Assembly: GCA_051294375.1 (NCBI GenBank)
Contig: CM119270.1
Location: forward strand, 13,222,741 to 13,286,740
Length of the DNA: 64,000 bases
Source of the DNA: Paraspadella gotoi
Lineage: Eukaryota > Animalia > Chaetognatha
Reading direction: 5' to 3'
The translations under genes were made by a program, and so were the position numbers. The notes beneath the pieces were generated by a model. It searched no databases and had not been told where the DNA came from. It saw only the letters and a program-made list of their open reading frames with translations. Below, piece after piece: positions 45,901-57,423 of the stretch (the stretch's first letter is position 1; every line of letters starts with the position of its first letter).

Positions 45901-48792
45901 ACAAGTGTTCGGTATTTAAACTTGGGTGGGCCAAGAAAGAAGAATTCCTAGAACAACAAAAACAAACATCATCCTTTGCAGGCAGCAGCAGCAGCAGCCT
46001 CGTTCGCAAGATTTCCCTGTTCTTAATCACGTCCACTCCCCCCCCCTTTCCTCTCAAGTTTCGTGGCAAAGTTCGGATCTCGTGTACCGAATTTTTTTAT
46101 TATATAGAGAAGGAGCCAATATTCCTTAATGCGCGGAATCCATTACACTTATCGCGTAAACAAGGTTACGGCAGCCGCGTCTATCTATTATTATCCAAAG
46201 AAAAACTTCCTGACGTGACGGACGACAACAAGCGAGACGACCTAAGCAAAATGGAACACTAACGAACGACCACGCAACGAACGAACGAACGAACGACCAC
46301 GAACGAAAACGATACGAACGAACGAACCACGAACGAACGAACGAGCGAACGAACGAGGCGAACGAACGAAGGATAAGATCCGAACAAAATGAAACGAATG
46401 AACGACGAACGAACAATCGAACCGAAGGACCGAATGAACGAACTAACGAAGGGACTGAATGAACGAACGAATGAACGAACGAATGAACGAACGAACGAAC
46501 GAACAAAGGACCAAACAAACACGAACAACGAGCAATCGAACGAAGGACGAACGAACGAACGAAGGACCAAACGAACGACCCGAACGACTCGAACGAACCA
46601 CGAACGAATCGAACGAACCAAACGAAACGAACTAATGAACAAACGAACGAAAAAAAAAGCCTCAGCTTAGTAGTGAATTCTCTCGCCCATCCAATCCGGA
46701 TCCGTTCGACTCTGGCAACATGACCCCAGAAAGGAATGTCGCTAACGCCGAACAGAAAAATGGAAAGCTAACCGAGTGCGTGATTCCAGGACTCACGACA
46801 CATTCCTACCTTCAGATCAGTAGATGTACTAGCGCGGAGAGCATTCTTCATACTCAAGTGAACATCTCGTACCACAAACGCGCGTATTTCGATCCACTAT
46901 CTTCATCCGCTATACCTTATCAGAAACTATCCACTTCATGGATACGGTAAGCTTGCATCTGAGCTATAGAAGCTTGCAGTATAAAAAACAAATCGCCACA
47001 CAAAACTAGTCAAATTATCCATTCATAGATTATATAATGTGACTGAAACGCATTAGATTCCAGAAAAGCTGCAATGTATGTGATCTGAATAAAAATATTG
47101 GTCAATACAATAATATTATCCTCCTTTCACATTTTATAAATTAACCGTCAGCTGATATTCCCCCCCCCAGGCCCCTCCCCTTTCCGTCGCCGACTCGCGC
47201 GATTTCCGTATCTTTTGTTAAAGGAAAGAAAATGAATGGAAAAAAGAAATTAATGATTTTCTACTTTGCCGTCTTGTTTTTAATGACGGCTGTTAACCTT
47301 GAACGGAAAATACAATTTTTCTCTTTTTTTTTTTTTTTTTATTTTCTTTTTTAAATTTTATTTTTCCCAATTTTTTTCATCATCAATTCATTTTTTTATT
47401 CGAGTCTTTTCTCTCATCGATTTCAAATGCGACTGTTTTCTAAGTAAAGTATTAATAATACTGTAATGCACCAAATTGAAAAAAATCAGCAATCACGCTC
47501 TGAAGCACTACCCTCTACTTTTTTATTGGGACCATTTTAAAATTTCAAATATCGAACGTAAATTGTTCTTCAACTTCATACATCAAAATGGAAGAAACGT
47601 TAAAGTATCACAACTAACAAAAACAGATAAGCATTTACGAAGCAATAAAACTGCAATGAGAAGTAGCAATTGCAGCAGTTTATCTTTCGCAAAAGCGTAA
47701 AAAAAAAAACCGCTTCAACGCGCATTTAACCATAACCAATCGAAACGATGGTTTAAACCGCAACAGCCGATGGAAACAAAAATGCCGCCCCACAGGGCAT
47801 GTATAACCGCAACACCTTCGCGCAAGAAGCGTATAAAATGTCAACGTTCGCAAGTAGTACAACTCCGGGTCACATCTTCAGCGGCGGCCGTTGCTGCCGA
47901 GAAGCAAAACAGCGGGCAGCAACCGCCGGGGCAGGCACCGGAAGAAGGAAAAAAGTTAGTGCAACATAAAGTTTGCAGCGACGAATCGAGGGCGGTCTAA
48001 CGAAAATCAATAAAACGTGGCACTTTTGAAGGGGGAAAGGGGTTTAAAAGGTTGAAGGGGGGGTTCGCGGGGTTTAAGGGGTAAGGAGGTGAGGGGTTTA
48101 GGGGAGGGGGTCGAGAAAAGAATAGAAGAATCGGGAAAATTGAGCCGAGAAAAGGGGCAAGAAACCGGGGAATAGAGAGCAGAAGAGAGACGAAAGTAAA
48201 ATGGAGAGCAAACAAGGCAAAAAAACCAGAATTTCGTGTTTAATGCGAACTGAGGGAACGAAGACTTGGGCTGTTGGATTGGGCTTGTGGATGTGGCTGT
48301 TCGAGAGACTAGGATTGTTGGCTGTTGGAAGGAACTGAAAACTAATGTTTTATATCTCCATTCTTTCTCTTCGCCAGCTTCGGCCAATCTCGGCTACGTG
48401 TGGAATTTTTTTTTTTGCGGGGGGGCGGAGAAAAATCATCTCAGTTCTGAGGGCAAAAACACGAAGAAAAGAGGAGAGAAAAGAAGTAGCCTTTCGTGAA
48501 CGAAGGAGATAAGGAAGTGGCCTTGGAGAACGAAGGCGATTGACAAACCTGAAATTAAAGCATGAGAACAAAGAGAGGGACCTGTGGGAGATGGAAAAAG
48601 AGGCAGAGGGAAGAAAAGGGGAAAATGAAAAGCAATTGGTAAGATGGGGCGTGAAAGAAATATTTGTTGGCGTGAGAGTGATAATGAAGAGAAGGCGGTA
48701 CGATGACTTGGTCTATGGCGTGACAGGGAGAAAGGTTTAAAAATATTCAATTGAGTCAAAACAATATTATCGCAAACAAAGAATAAAAAACG
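38705..48792 (-). repeat. Right arm of palindrome 3; ends at a 25-N gap
   Basis: Reverse complement of 29278-38637 with dense 1-nt indels; stops at Ns 48793-48817. Confidence 0.96.
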
Positions 48793-49250
48793 NNNNNNNN
48801 NNNNNNNNNNNNNNNNNGAGAGAGAGAGAGAGAGAAAGTAGAAGCGAGTGCAATGCAGACAGACAAAAGAAGGAACGAAAGAAAAAAAGAAATAAGTAAA
48901 GCAAACAGAAAGATTAAAAAGAATCTTCTCGAAACTGAAAGTCTTAAGATTCGTTAGGAAAAGATGTTCGTTTTGGATTTTGCGAGGCTTTTGTTCTCCC
49001 TTCATTAAAATAAAGAGTTTTTTTAAAAGGGGAGATTCGCTCGAGGCTAATTTCTTTAAAGTCTATTAGTTATCACTTCCCTATTTTCCTTTATTACTTC
49101 TTCCTTCTATTTTCGAAAAGTCTTCACTTCTTCTCTTTTCAAAGTCGTCACAAACCCCGATGTTACAAAATCCGATGTCACAAACCCGGAGTGACAAAGC
49201 CTCAATAAATTCGAGTCTTTTCACTCTCACTTTGCCGTTTCATGAAATTA

Positions 49251-49345
49251 AAATTGTACAACCAATATAAAAATTATCAATTCATTTAATAAATAAGCTA
49301 TCCAGCCCCTGACTTTGGACAAGCTTTGTGTGGTTTAAGGCCTCC
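49251..49345 (-). mobile_element. Dispersed repeat copy (family of 28505-28639)
   Basis: aaattgtacaaccaatataaaaattatc...cccctgactttggaca...ggtttaaggcctcc is the reverse complement of the family; lies outside palindrome 3. Confidence 0.65.
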
Positions 49346-49781
49346 GACTATTTTGAATTTTACGTACATATAATTCGTTATTCTATATTTACCTCTTCAT
49401 TATTTAATGTTTAATTATTTAATATTTAATGTTTAAACTTTCTGCCCTTCTCCCATTCTCTTCACGTAAGACTTCCCGGTTCCATAGTGTCTTTTTTTGG
49501 TTTCATGTCTTGCGTCATTTCATAAACTCATCCTTTCCACCCTCTTCGAATTCCACCAAGTTCTCTTCACTTTTTCTTATCACCGAGCCCCTCTCTCCCC
49601 CGCACCCCTTCTCCGCCTCCTTTCTCCCCCTTTAGCTTTGAAAGCCTCTTTGGACTTCGCTATTACCATTTTATTCTCATTAATTCTCGTTAACTTTCCT
49701 GTTTTTAGTTCGGATTGGAGAGATGGCGATAGCGGTAGCGGCGCTCCGTCTTTTTTTGTCTGTCTGTCTGTCTGTCTGTCT

Positions 49782-50312
49782 NNNNNNNNNNNNNNNNNNN
49801 NNNNNNNNNNNNNNNNNNNNNNNNNNNNNNNNNNNNNNNNNNNNNNNNNNNNNNNNNNNNNNNNNNNNNNNNNNNNNNNNNNNNNNNNNNNNNNNNNNNN
49901 NNNNNNNNNNNNNNNNNNNNNNNNNNNNNNNNNNNNNNNNNNNNNNNNNNNNNNNNNNNNNNNNNNNNNNNNNNNNNNNNNNNNNNNNNNNNNNNNNNNN
50001 NNNNNNNNNNNNNNNNNNNNNNNNNNNNNNNNNNNNNNNNNNNNNNNNNNNNNNNNNNNNNNNNNNNNNNNNNNNNNNNNNNNNNNNNNNNNNNNNNNNN
50101 NNNNNNNNNNNNNNNNNNNNNNNNNNNNNNNNNNNNNNNNNNNNNNNNNNNNNNNNNNNNNNNNNNNNNNNNNNNNNNNNNNNNNNNNNNNNNNNNNNNN
50201 NNNNNNNNNNNNNNNNNNNNNNNNNNNNNNNNNNNNNNNNNNNNNNNNNNNNNNNNNNNNNNNNNNNNNNNNNNNNNNNNNNNNNNNNNNNNNNNNNNNN
50301 NNNNNNNNNNNN
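49782..50312. other. Assembly gap (largest N run)
   Basis: Run of N. Other gaps: 7198-7222, 19073-19082, 19206-19230, 22286-22479, 37089-37156, 48793-48817, 53765-53789, 63660-63669. Confidence 0.99.
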
Positions 50313-51767
50313 GAAGAGAATAAATTCGTTGGAGAGGACGGAAAGTGAGGTCGGGGAATGATGATAGTGTGGAGAGTGAGGTCGCGAGAGGGAGGTCGGA
50401 GTGTGAAATCGGGAGTTGGAAAGGAGACGAGGGGATTAGATGCGGAAGGAGGGGGGATGGGGGGGGAACGGGGAAGGGGACTGGGGGGGGAACGCGGGGG
50501 AACGCGACGGTGGGGGGGAACTGGGGGGGGGCGCAGATTCATTGCGAAAGAGAGAAAGTTGGATTAGGAAGCAAAAATCTGGAAGCAAAGAAGTATGAAA
50601 ACAACAACAACAACAAACAGACGTGACTCCGGAGGTCGATGTGAAACAACGGGCAATCGAGGGGAGAGGGGAGAGGAGAGAGAAGAGATTCTTTCCAACC
50701 TCACCAATCAACCTCAACTCTGATGGAACTCACCCCCTAATCTTACCCTCTGACCTCACCCTCCGACCTCTTTCCCCGACCTCACCCTTTTTTCCGATCG
50801 GAATCCCCGCGATCGACACGAATTACCGACCTTATTGCTTTTTTCGTTTAATAAGTTTCGGTGAACCTCGAAGTCCTCTCACGTCGCCAAGAGCGGTCAT
50901 CTGTGAGACATCTTGCTAAGCGTCTATCGGTCATCTGTGTGACATCTTAAATCACATTAAGTCGTTAACTAAGAATTATATCAAGTAGTAATCTGTTGGA
51001 CACATCGCATTTTGCCTCGTCGTTATCTTTGAGGTCATTTTGCGGTCATCTGTGAAACATCCGTCACATGCGTATAACCAATAGAAGTGATGTGAGATCT
51101 CTCTGCAAGTTTGGTGGTCATCCGTGATGCATCTCACACCACTACTCAATACTCATGGTCATCTCACATCTCATGGTCATCTAAGAGACATCTCACATAC
51201 CGTCTGTCGGTCGTTTTTATACATCTCACCTCACGTTAATTGGATATCTAGATAGAAATATTTTTATATTGGTTGTACCAATTTCATAACCGTGTTAAAT
51301 CGTGATAATGTTTTGTCGTGGGTAATCATCACATCGAAAATAAAGTCACGTCTTTCTATGCGGTCGTCCGATACTCATCTTAAGCCTCATCTTTGAATCA
51401 CATCATGTCACAGGATCAGTGCATTGTCACCTTATATACTATGACAGTGGGATCTCCTCATATCCATCGTACTATTACAGCTGGGTCACCTCAGAAATAC
51501 AGTCCCGCCTGATAGGCAGTCACTTAACGTTTACATCAAGTCACTTCGCATCAACTCACGCCATCACCTAAGTAACTTCCAATCAAGTCACGCCATCATC
51601 AGAGTCCCCTCACTCCGAGTCACGCCATCACCAGACTCACTTCACATCAAGTCACGCCATGAAAAAGAGTCACCAGACGAGCGTCTCGCTCGAGAGCACG
51701 TGGGACGAGATCGCGTCGTTAACTCGTCGCGAATCGAGAACGATATTTTTTTCATATTGATTTACAG

Positions 51768-51875
51768 TTCGGTCGCAAGACCAGATGCCGCATTCAGATG
51801 CCGCTTCAGAGGCAGATGCCACAAGAAATGACGCGACAGATGCTTCAACATCTGCCCCGCCAGACGAAACCATAT
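51768..51875 (+). CDS. Candidate 108-nt exon, product unknown
   Basis: Acceptor ttttttcatattgatttacAG|, weak donor TAT|GTATTT, length 3n. Open in phase 0 (FGRKTRCRIQMPLQRQMPQEMTRQMLQHLPRQTKPY) and phase 1 (RSQDQMPHSDAASEADATRNDATDASTSAPPDETI). Confidence 0.3.
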
Positions 51876-51940
51876 GTATTTTTTTTTTATGATTTTGTTT
51901 CCGCTGACGATGTATGTACGTAGCATATAGGGCAAGCACA

Positions 51941-51958
51941 TTATTATTATTATTATTA

Positions 51959-52053
<95 letters not shown>

Positions 52054-52100
52054 TGTATTATTATTATTTTTATTGTTATTTTTATTACTATTATTATTTA
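51941..52100 (+). repeat. (TTA)n microsatellite
   Basis: Long TTA run; source of the poly-Leu ORF 51914-52105. Confidence 0.97.
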
Positions 52101-55100
52101 AATAAAGTAATACATCGGGTTCAGTTCGTGATTAGTATCGCCCACTGAATTGTGAAACTTCCCTGCCCTCTTCCCCTCGCTTTTTCTCGAGCCACGAAAA
52201 GGACGACGACGACAACAACAACAACAACGACAACCACGAAAACAACAACAACGACAACAGCAACAACAACAGCAACAACAACAACAACTAGAGACGCACT
52301 CTCAATTCGATCATCCATCTCTTTCTCATTTCTGGCCTCCGTCTTCGCTCCTCCTCTTCCTCCTTCTCTCACCTTTATTCTTTTTCTCCTTCCTCCCTCA
52401 CTTTCTCCCTTCCTACCTTTCCTCTCTTTCCCGACTTTCCTCCCTCTACTTCTTCCTCCTTCCTCCCTCTCCTTTCCCCCTTCCTACCCCTTAGTCCCTA
52501 TGTCTTTCTCCGTTCCTCCTCCTTCCTCTCTTCCTCTCTTCCTCTCTTCCTACCTTCCTTCTCCTTCCTTCCCTTCCTCCCTCCCTTCTTTCAAGAATCA
52601 GGGAGACAAATTAAGTTAAATCCCCGTCGAGGGACGAGGGACACAATCATTATCTTCCCCGATTTCTCTTCCTCTAATTTCTCCCTCGTTCACCGACGCC
52701 AAAGTCCGAGAAAAGATACGAGTCCCTCTTTTCCTTCCCCCCCCCTTTTACTTTTCTTTTTGAGGGGGGGGGAGGACAGCAAGATGTTGGGGGAGAAGTG
52801 GTTGGCGCAAATACGTTGGATGCTTCTGCTTCGTTGATGTCTTCCGGCAAGACGTTGGCTTTAATTTGCAATCGGTGAATTTTCGTGAAGAAGTTGAAGA
52901 CTCGTGATTGAGATGAATTGATTGTATGAATATTTAATTATATTTTAGTGAATGTAACCTTGGTCCCCCTGGCTCAATTATTTTGGGACTGATTTATTCT
53001 CGGTTTTCAGGAAAATATTGATTTATAAAATATTTATTATTTTTAAAGCTTCCGAATGCTTTATTCCGCTTTGTTTATTTCCTCATGACTTCTCGATTAC
53101 ACATGAATAAAGTTCTTTAAGATTTCACTTTCTGTATAAAGGAGTATTTTTTCTCCGATGCATAAAGATAAAACGATCTCCGGTTTTTGCAGTTACGTTG
53201 ATTCACCATCACTTTTTTTAATGGCATAAACTAGTTTATTTTTTCGTTTTTTTCTAAAATTATAATGAAAAAAATTTAATCAAGGAACTCTTTCAGTATC
53301 ACTCGTGAATTATACTTGGTTTAAAATTTTGTTAAGTTTAAAAGGATTTTAATGACAAATTTTGTTAGAATTAATTACAGTTTTGTTTAAACAAATTAAT
53401 TTTTTAGAACTTACAATTTTTTTCCCCGAGTGTGCGACTTTATGACGATTCAGTATATAGGTAAATGTCAAAAAACACAACCGACAGAATGACAGAAGGA
53501 CAACAAAAAATGACACTGTTTGTCTTGGCCGCATCGAAGTGATGGCGTCACAAATGAAATGTAAAGGACGTCTGGGAATTTACATAGTAGCATATAAAAG
53601 ACAGGCCGTCTTAACTCAGTCTACTTAATAAATTCAATCCCACTTTCTGTTTATACGTGGAGAATGCAAATTGAGAAGAAATAGAAGGGAGCTGTAAGCA
53701 ACGATCTCGCATGCAGAGAAAGCAGCGAACACTCGTTACTCGGTTAACCTTTTATTGATTTTGTNNNNNNNNNNNNNNNNNNNNNNNNNCGACCTCCACC
53801 ATCTCCATTTCCTCCCATCCCCTCGCCCAAACACTTTGCCCACTCGAGTTGAGTGGACAAAAATTTCTAGGATGTCGAAAGCGAAGAAAAAAAAAACGAC
53901 TTCTTCTTTTCTCCATTTTCTCTTTCCTTCTCTTCCGTTTTTTTCGCTGCCGTCCGCCGCGAGTACTCGCTAATAAACTCTATTAAAGTCACTTATTCGA
54001 ATCTGGGTCTGTCGGTCGCGTTCCTCGGTATGTTTGTCCGTCGGTCTGTCCCACTTACTTTAAAATATGCATATTTAATTTTGCCTATAGCTGGTTGTTC
54101 ATTTGTTAAGACAGATATAACTTCAAATCTAAGGGACTGCGCACCTTCAGGATTTCTAAAACTTATTTAAGGAATAAAAAAAGTTCTTTAGTCATTGTCA
54201 CGTCAGTCATATCATTGCTGTTGATACAATAAGGAAATCCGATTGATAATATAATGTTACTGCCGTTGCGCACACATGAATTACCGTTCTTGTTAGTGTT
54301 TTGTTTTCTTTTGTTTCTTAAAAATTCATTTTCTTTTTCTTTTTTTCACTTCTTTATTTTTTCTCTATTTTCCTTTTTCTTTTTCCTTCCTCTTTATCCT
54401 ACAATCAATTTCCAACTTTTACCTCCTTTTAGTCCTTTATACGACCTCCGACTTTACTTTCTTTCATTAGAAAAAGTCCATTATCTTAGTAAATTTTCTT
54501 CTGTTACTTTGAATGTTTAATTATCAGGCATGATTTCTTTTCCTTTTTGCTTACGTCCTAGTCAGCACACCATTCTTTTTTCTTACCATAATTTTCTAGC
54601 GTTTCGCGTGCTTATGTTTACCCTGTTTTTTCCTTTGTTTTTTCCTTTTTTTCCTTGTTTTTCACTTGTTTTTTAATATTAATTTCCTTTTCCTGCTCTT
54701 AGGAGGAGGTTTTTAGTCTCGTTTTCAAGCTTTCATAATCGATCTTTTAATTCAGCCAAAGTCTCCTAATGAGACAGGAGTAATCACTCGAAAAGGGAGA
54801 CTTCATTATTATATCGGAAAGAGAAGAAAGATCGAGTCTGATGAGAGGAGACGCAGAGAGAGAGAGAGAGAAGAGAGATGAGAGAGATAGAGGACGACTG
54901 AGGAGAAGAGAGAGAGAGAGAGAGTAGAGAGAGATGAGAGAGACAGATGAGACAGACAGTATAGATTTTAGTAAGAAAAAGGGTTCGCAAATCTTCTTAA
55001 AGCCCACCTTTTTTTTCAGCATAAAGAGAATGTTTTGTCGAGTTTTTCCTTTGAGCTAAAACAAAGAGTAATCTCGGACTAAAAGCGAGATTGTTTAACC

Positions 55101-55326
55101 GAAGCTCACAAAAACTTTTCCTTTTCCTTTTTGTTTCTCTTGTTTTTCTTTCCCCGGGGCGGAATTTCCTCTTTGTTTTTTTCTCCATCACTTTTTCTCC
55201 CATTGTTATGTATTTCGTTGTCTGACACGTGGATAATCTCATTGTCTTCTTCTGTTGATTCGTTTTTTAAAATTGCAGAATATTATAACATTTCATATAA
55301 TAATTCGTTTTCTCTGACTCTCTCTT

Positions 55327-55392
<66 letters not shown>

Positions 55393-56021
55393 TCTCCATC
55401 TCTCTCTCTCTCCCCAATTCATATGCGACCATCTGCAGACGATGAAATCCTTTTGCAATTCTTTCTTCTTTCGAGATGAGATTTCCGTCCTTATAAAATT
55501 CGTCGTCGTCGTCTGTCCCGTTGTCGTCGTCGTCGCCTCCGTCACAGGGCCGCCCGCGCCTCTTCAATCTCTCTCGATCATCATCCCATGAATGGATCCA
55601 GATCGTCTCTCTCTCTCTTCTCTTCTCTCTTCTCTCTCTCCTCTCCTCTCGTTATCCTATTCTTCTCAATTTTCCGACCCCAAATATTTTCTTTCCTCTC
55701 CCAACACTTACTATTACGTTACGCTTTCACTTTTTCTCTGCTCGCTTTTCGCTCATTTCCCGTACTTGCTTCGTCTCGTCCGCCAATCGCAAAAAAAAAG
55801 TCTTCCATCGCCTCAAATCAACAACAACCACGACAGCAGAAATCATACAACAACAACAACAAACCTTCTTGATTCAAACTTCTTCATCAATTTCCTCCCA
55901 TCCCGAACCTTGATTCTATTTCATATCAACCGGCCTTCCGTTATCGCCTCTTTCTTTAACCCTATTTCTTGAACCCTATTTCCTATTTTCTCTCTCTCTC
56001 TCTCTCCTCTCTCTCTCTTCT

Positions 56022-56055
<34 letters not shown>

Positions 56056-56870
56056 CTCTCTCTCTCTCTTCTCCATCCATTCCCTACCCTCTTTTCCCTT
56101 CTCATCGAATCTCTTTCCCTATTCATTCGAATTGAGTCTTCCCGCCTCTCTACCTCGAGATCCTTCGCTTTCTCCCACTCAATGATATTCCGTCTTCAAC
56201 AAATGATCCCAATCAAACGTCCGTCGCTAAGCACTTTCTACTTTCTGACCACAACCTTCCCCACCATCGACCACAATCCTTCCCACCATCGACAACCCTT
56301 TCCATCACGTTCTCAACCACGACCGCTCCGGATTTATCGAATCACAATCGGCTTTCTCAATTTCCGAGAAAAGCGATGAGAGAGAGATTGGAGAGAAGAG
56401 GAAAAAAAAAAAAATGCTTTTCCGGCAATAAATATTGGCCGGAGTGACATCCGGGACGATTTTACATCCGCGTTTGTGAACCGAGTTTGGACAGAGACAG
56501 ATGGTGTTGTCGAAAATCGCTTGTCGTACTTCCAGGCGCACCCAGTAGCAATCCGTCAGTCTGGGCGATACGAGACTGAAGGATAAGAGAAAACGTCAGT
56601 CAATATATAGAACTCTGCTTCCGTTTCCCCAGTTGACCAGATCCATAGAGATCGAGCAATCTTATGGAAAAATGTAGGCCTGAAAACTGATCATCCGAAC
56701 TGGCAGTCTGGCAACCATCCGTCAATTCTGACCGGCGGACTGGTGAACAAGGCGAAAAGTCTTTTCGAACAGGCCTATCGAGATGTAGCTTCGCGAATAC
56801 GAACTGAAAATTCTTATTAACTTGTCATAACTGAATTTATCGTCTGATTTAGCGGAAAAGCACTGTCAGT

Positions 56871-56940
56871 CAGGTGGCGCCACTGTTGGTAATTTAGGAA
56901 AATCATCTGTCATCTGCGAGGTCCTCATTAAAATGGCGAC
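56871..56940. promoter_or_regulatory. CTCF-like and YY1/Pho-like motifs
   Basis: CAGGTGGCGC at 56871-56880 and AAAATGGCG at 56930-56938; motif match only. Confidence 0.3.
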
Positions 56941-57280
56941 GCGTCGGCAGCTTAACCAAAATTATCGTTTTTCATCGAACGGCTTTCTCTTTGAATTATT
57001 TAAATTTTGAGAGAGAGAATGAAAGAGAGATAGAGGAGAGACGAGAGAGAGAGACGAGGAGAGATGAGACGAGAGGAGAGAGGAGAGAGAGAGATGAGAG
57101 AGAATGTGAATAATAAAAATAGAAAGGACTATTTGGTTTTTTATGGATTTGCGGCGCCTCGAAGTTACGACAGATCACTTAACAAATATATAAAAATGAA
57201 AAGATCAGATGCTCATTAGTTAATCAATCAATCCAACTAGTTCAATCAATCCAACCAATTTAAACCCAAAAATACTCAAC

Positions 57281-57423
57281 TGTTTGTGGGAACATCCTGA
57301 GGTCGTGGACCGTGACGACGATAGATCTCGTTTCGACTCGAGAATTCCCTCGACGACGACGTTGACGTTCTCCCACGCCCCTCCACGCGGATCGTTGGTA
57401 ACACTGTGCGTCTCCGTTGTCAT
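57281..57423 (-). CDS. Candidate first coding exon MTTETHSVTNDPRGGAWENVNVVVEGILESKRDLSSSRSTTSGCSHK, product unknown
   Basis: GC-rich high-complexity island within ORF 57220-57726; start context gtcgtcATGA; followed by CA|GTTGAGT (imperfect donor) and AT-rich sequence. Confidence 0.25.

Noticed and set aside
46660-47110. Apparently unique insert in the right arm with ORF 46720-46950
   Set aside because: Still traceable to 30870-31185 (e.g. gctaacgccgaa, aaaatggaaagc); looks like a low-quality read stretch with heavy insertions. The same applies to ~40040-40085.
49497-50542. ORFs of 212-320 aa
   Set aside because: Open only because they run through the N gap.
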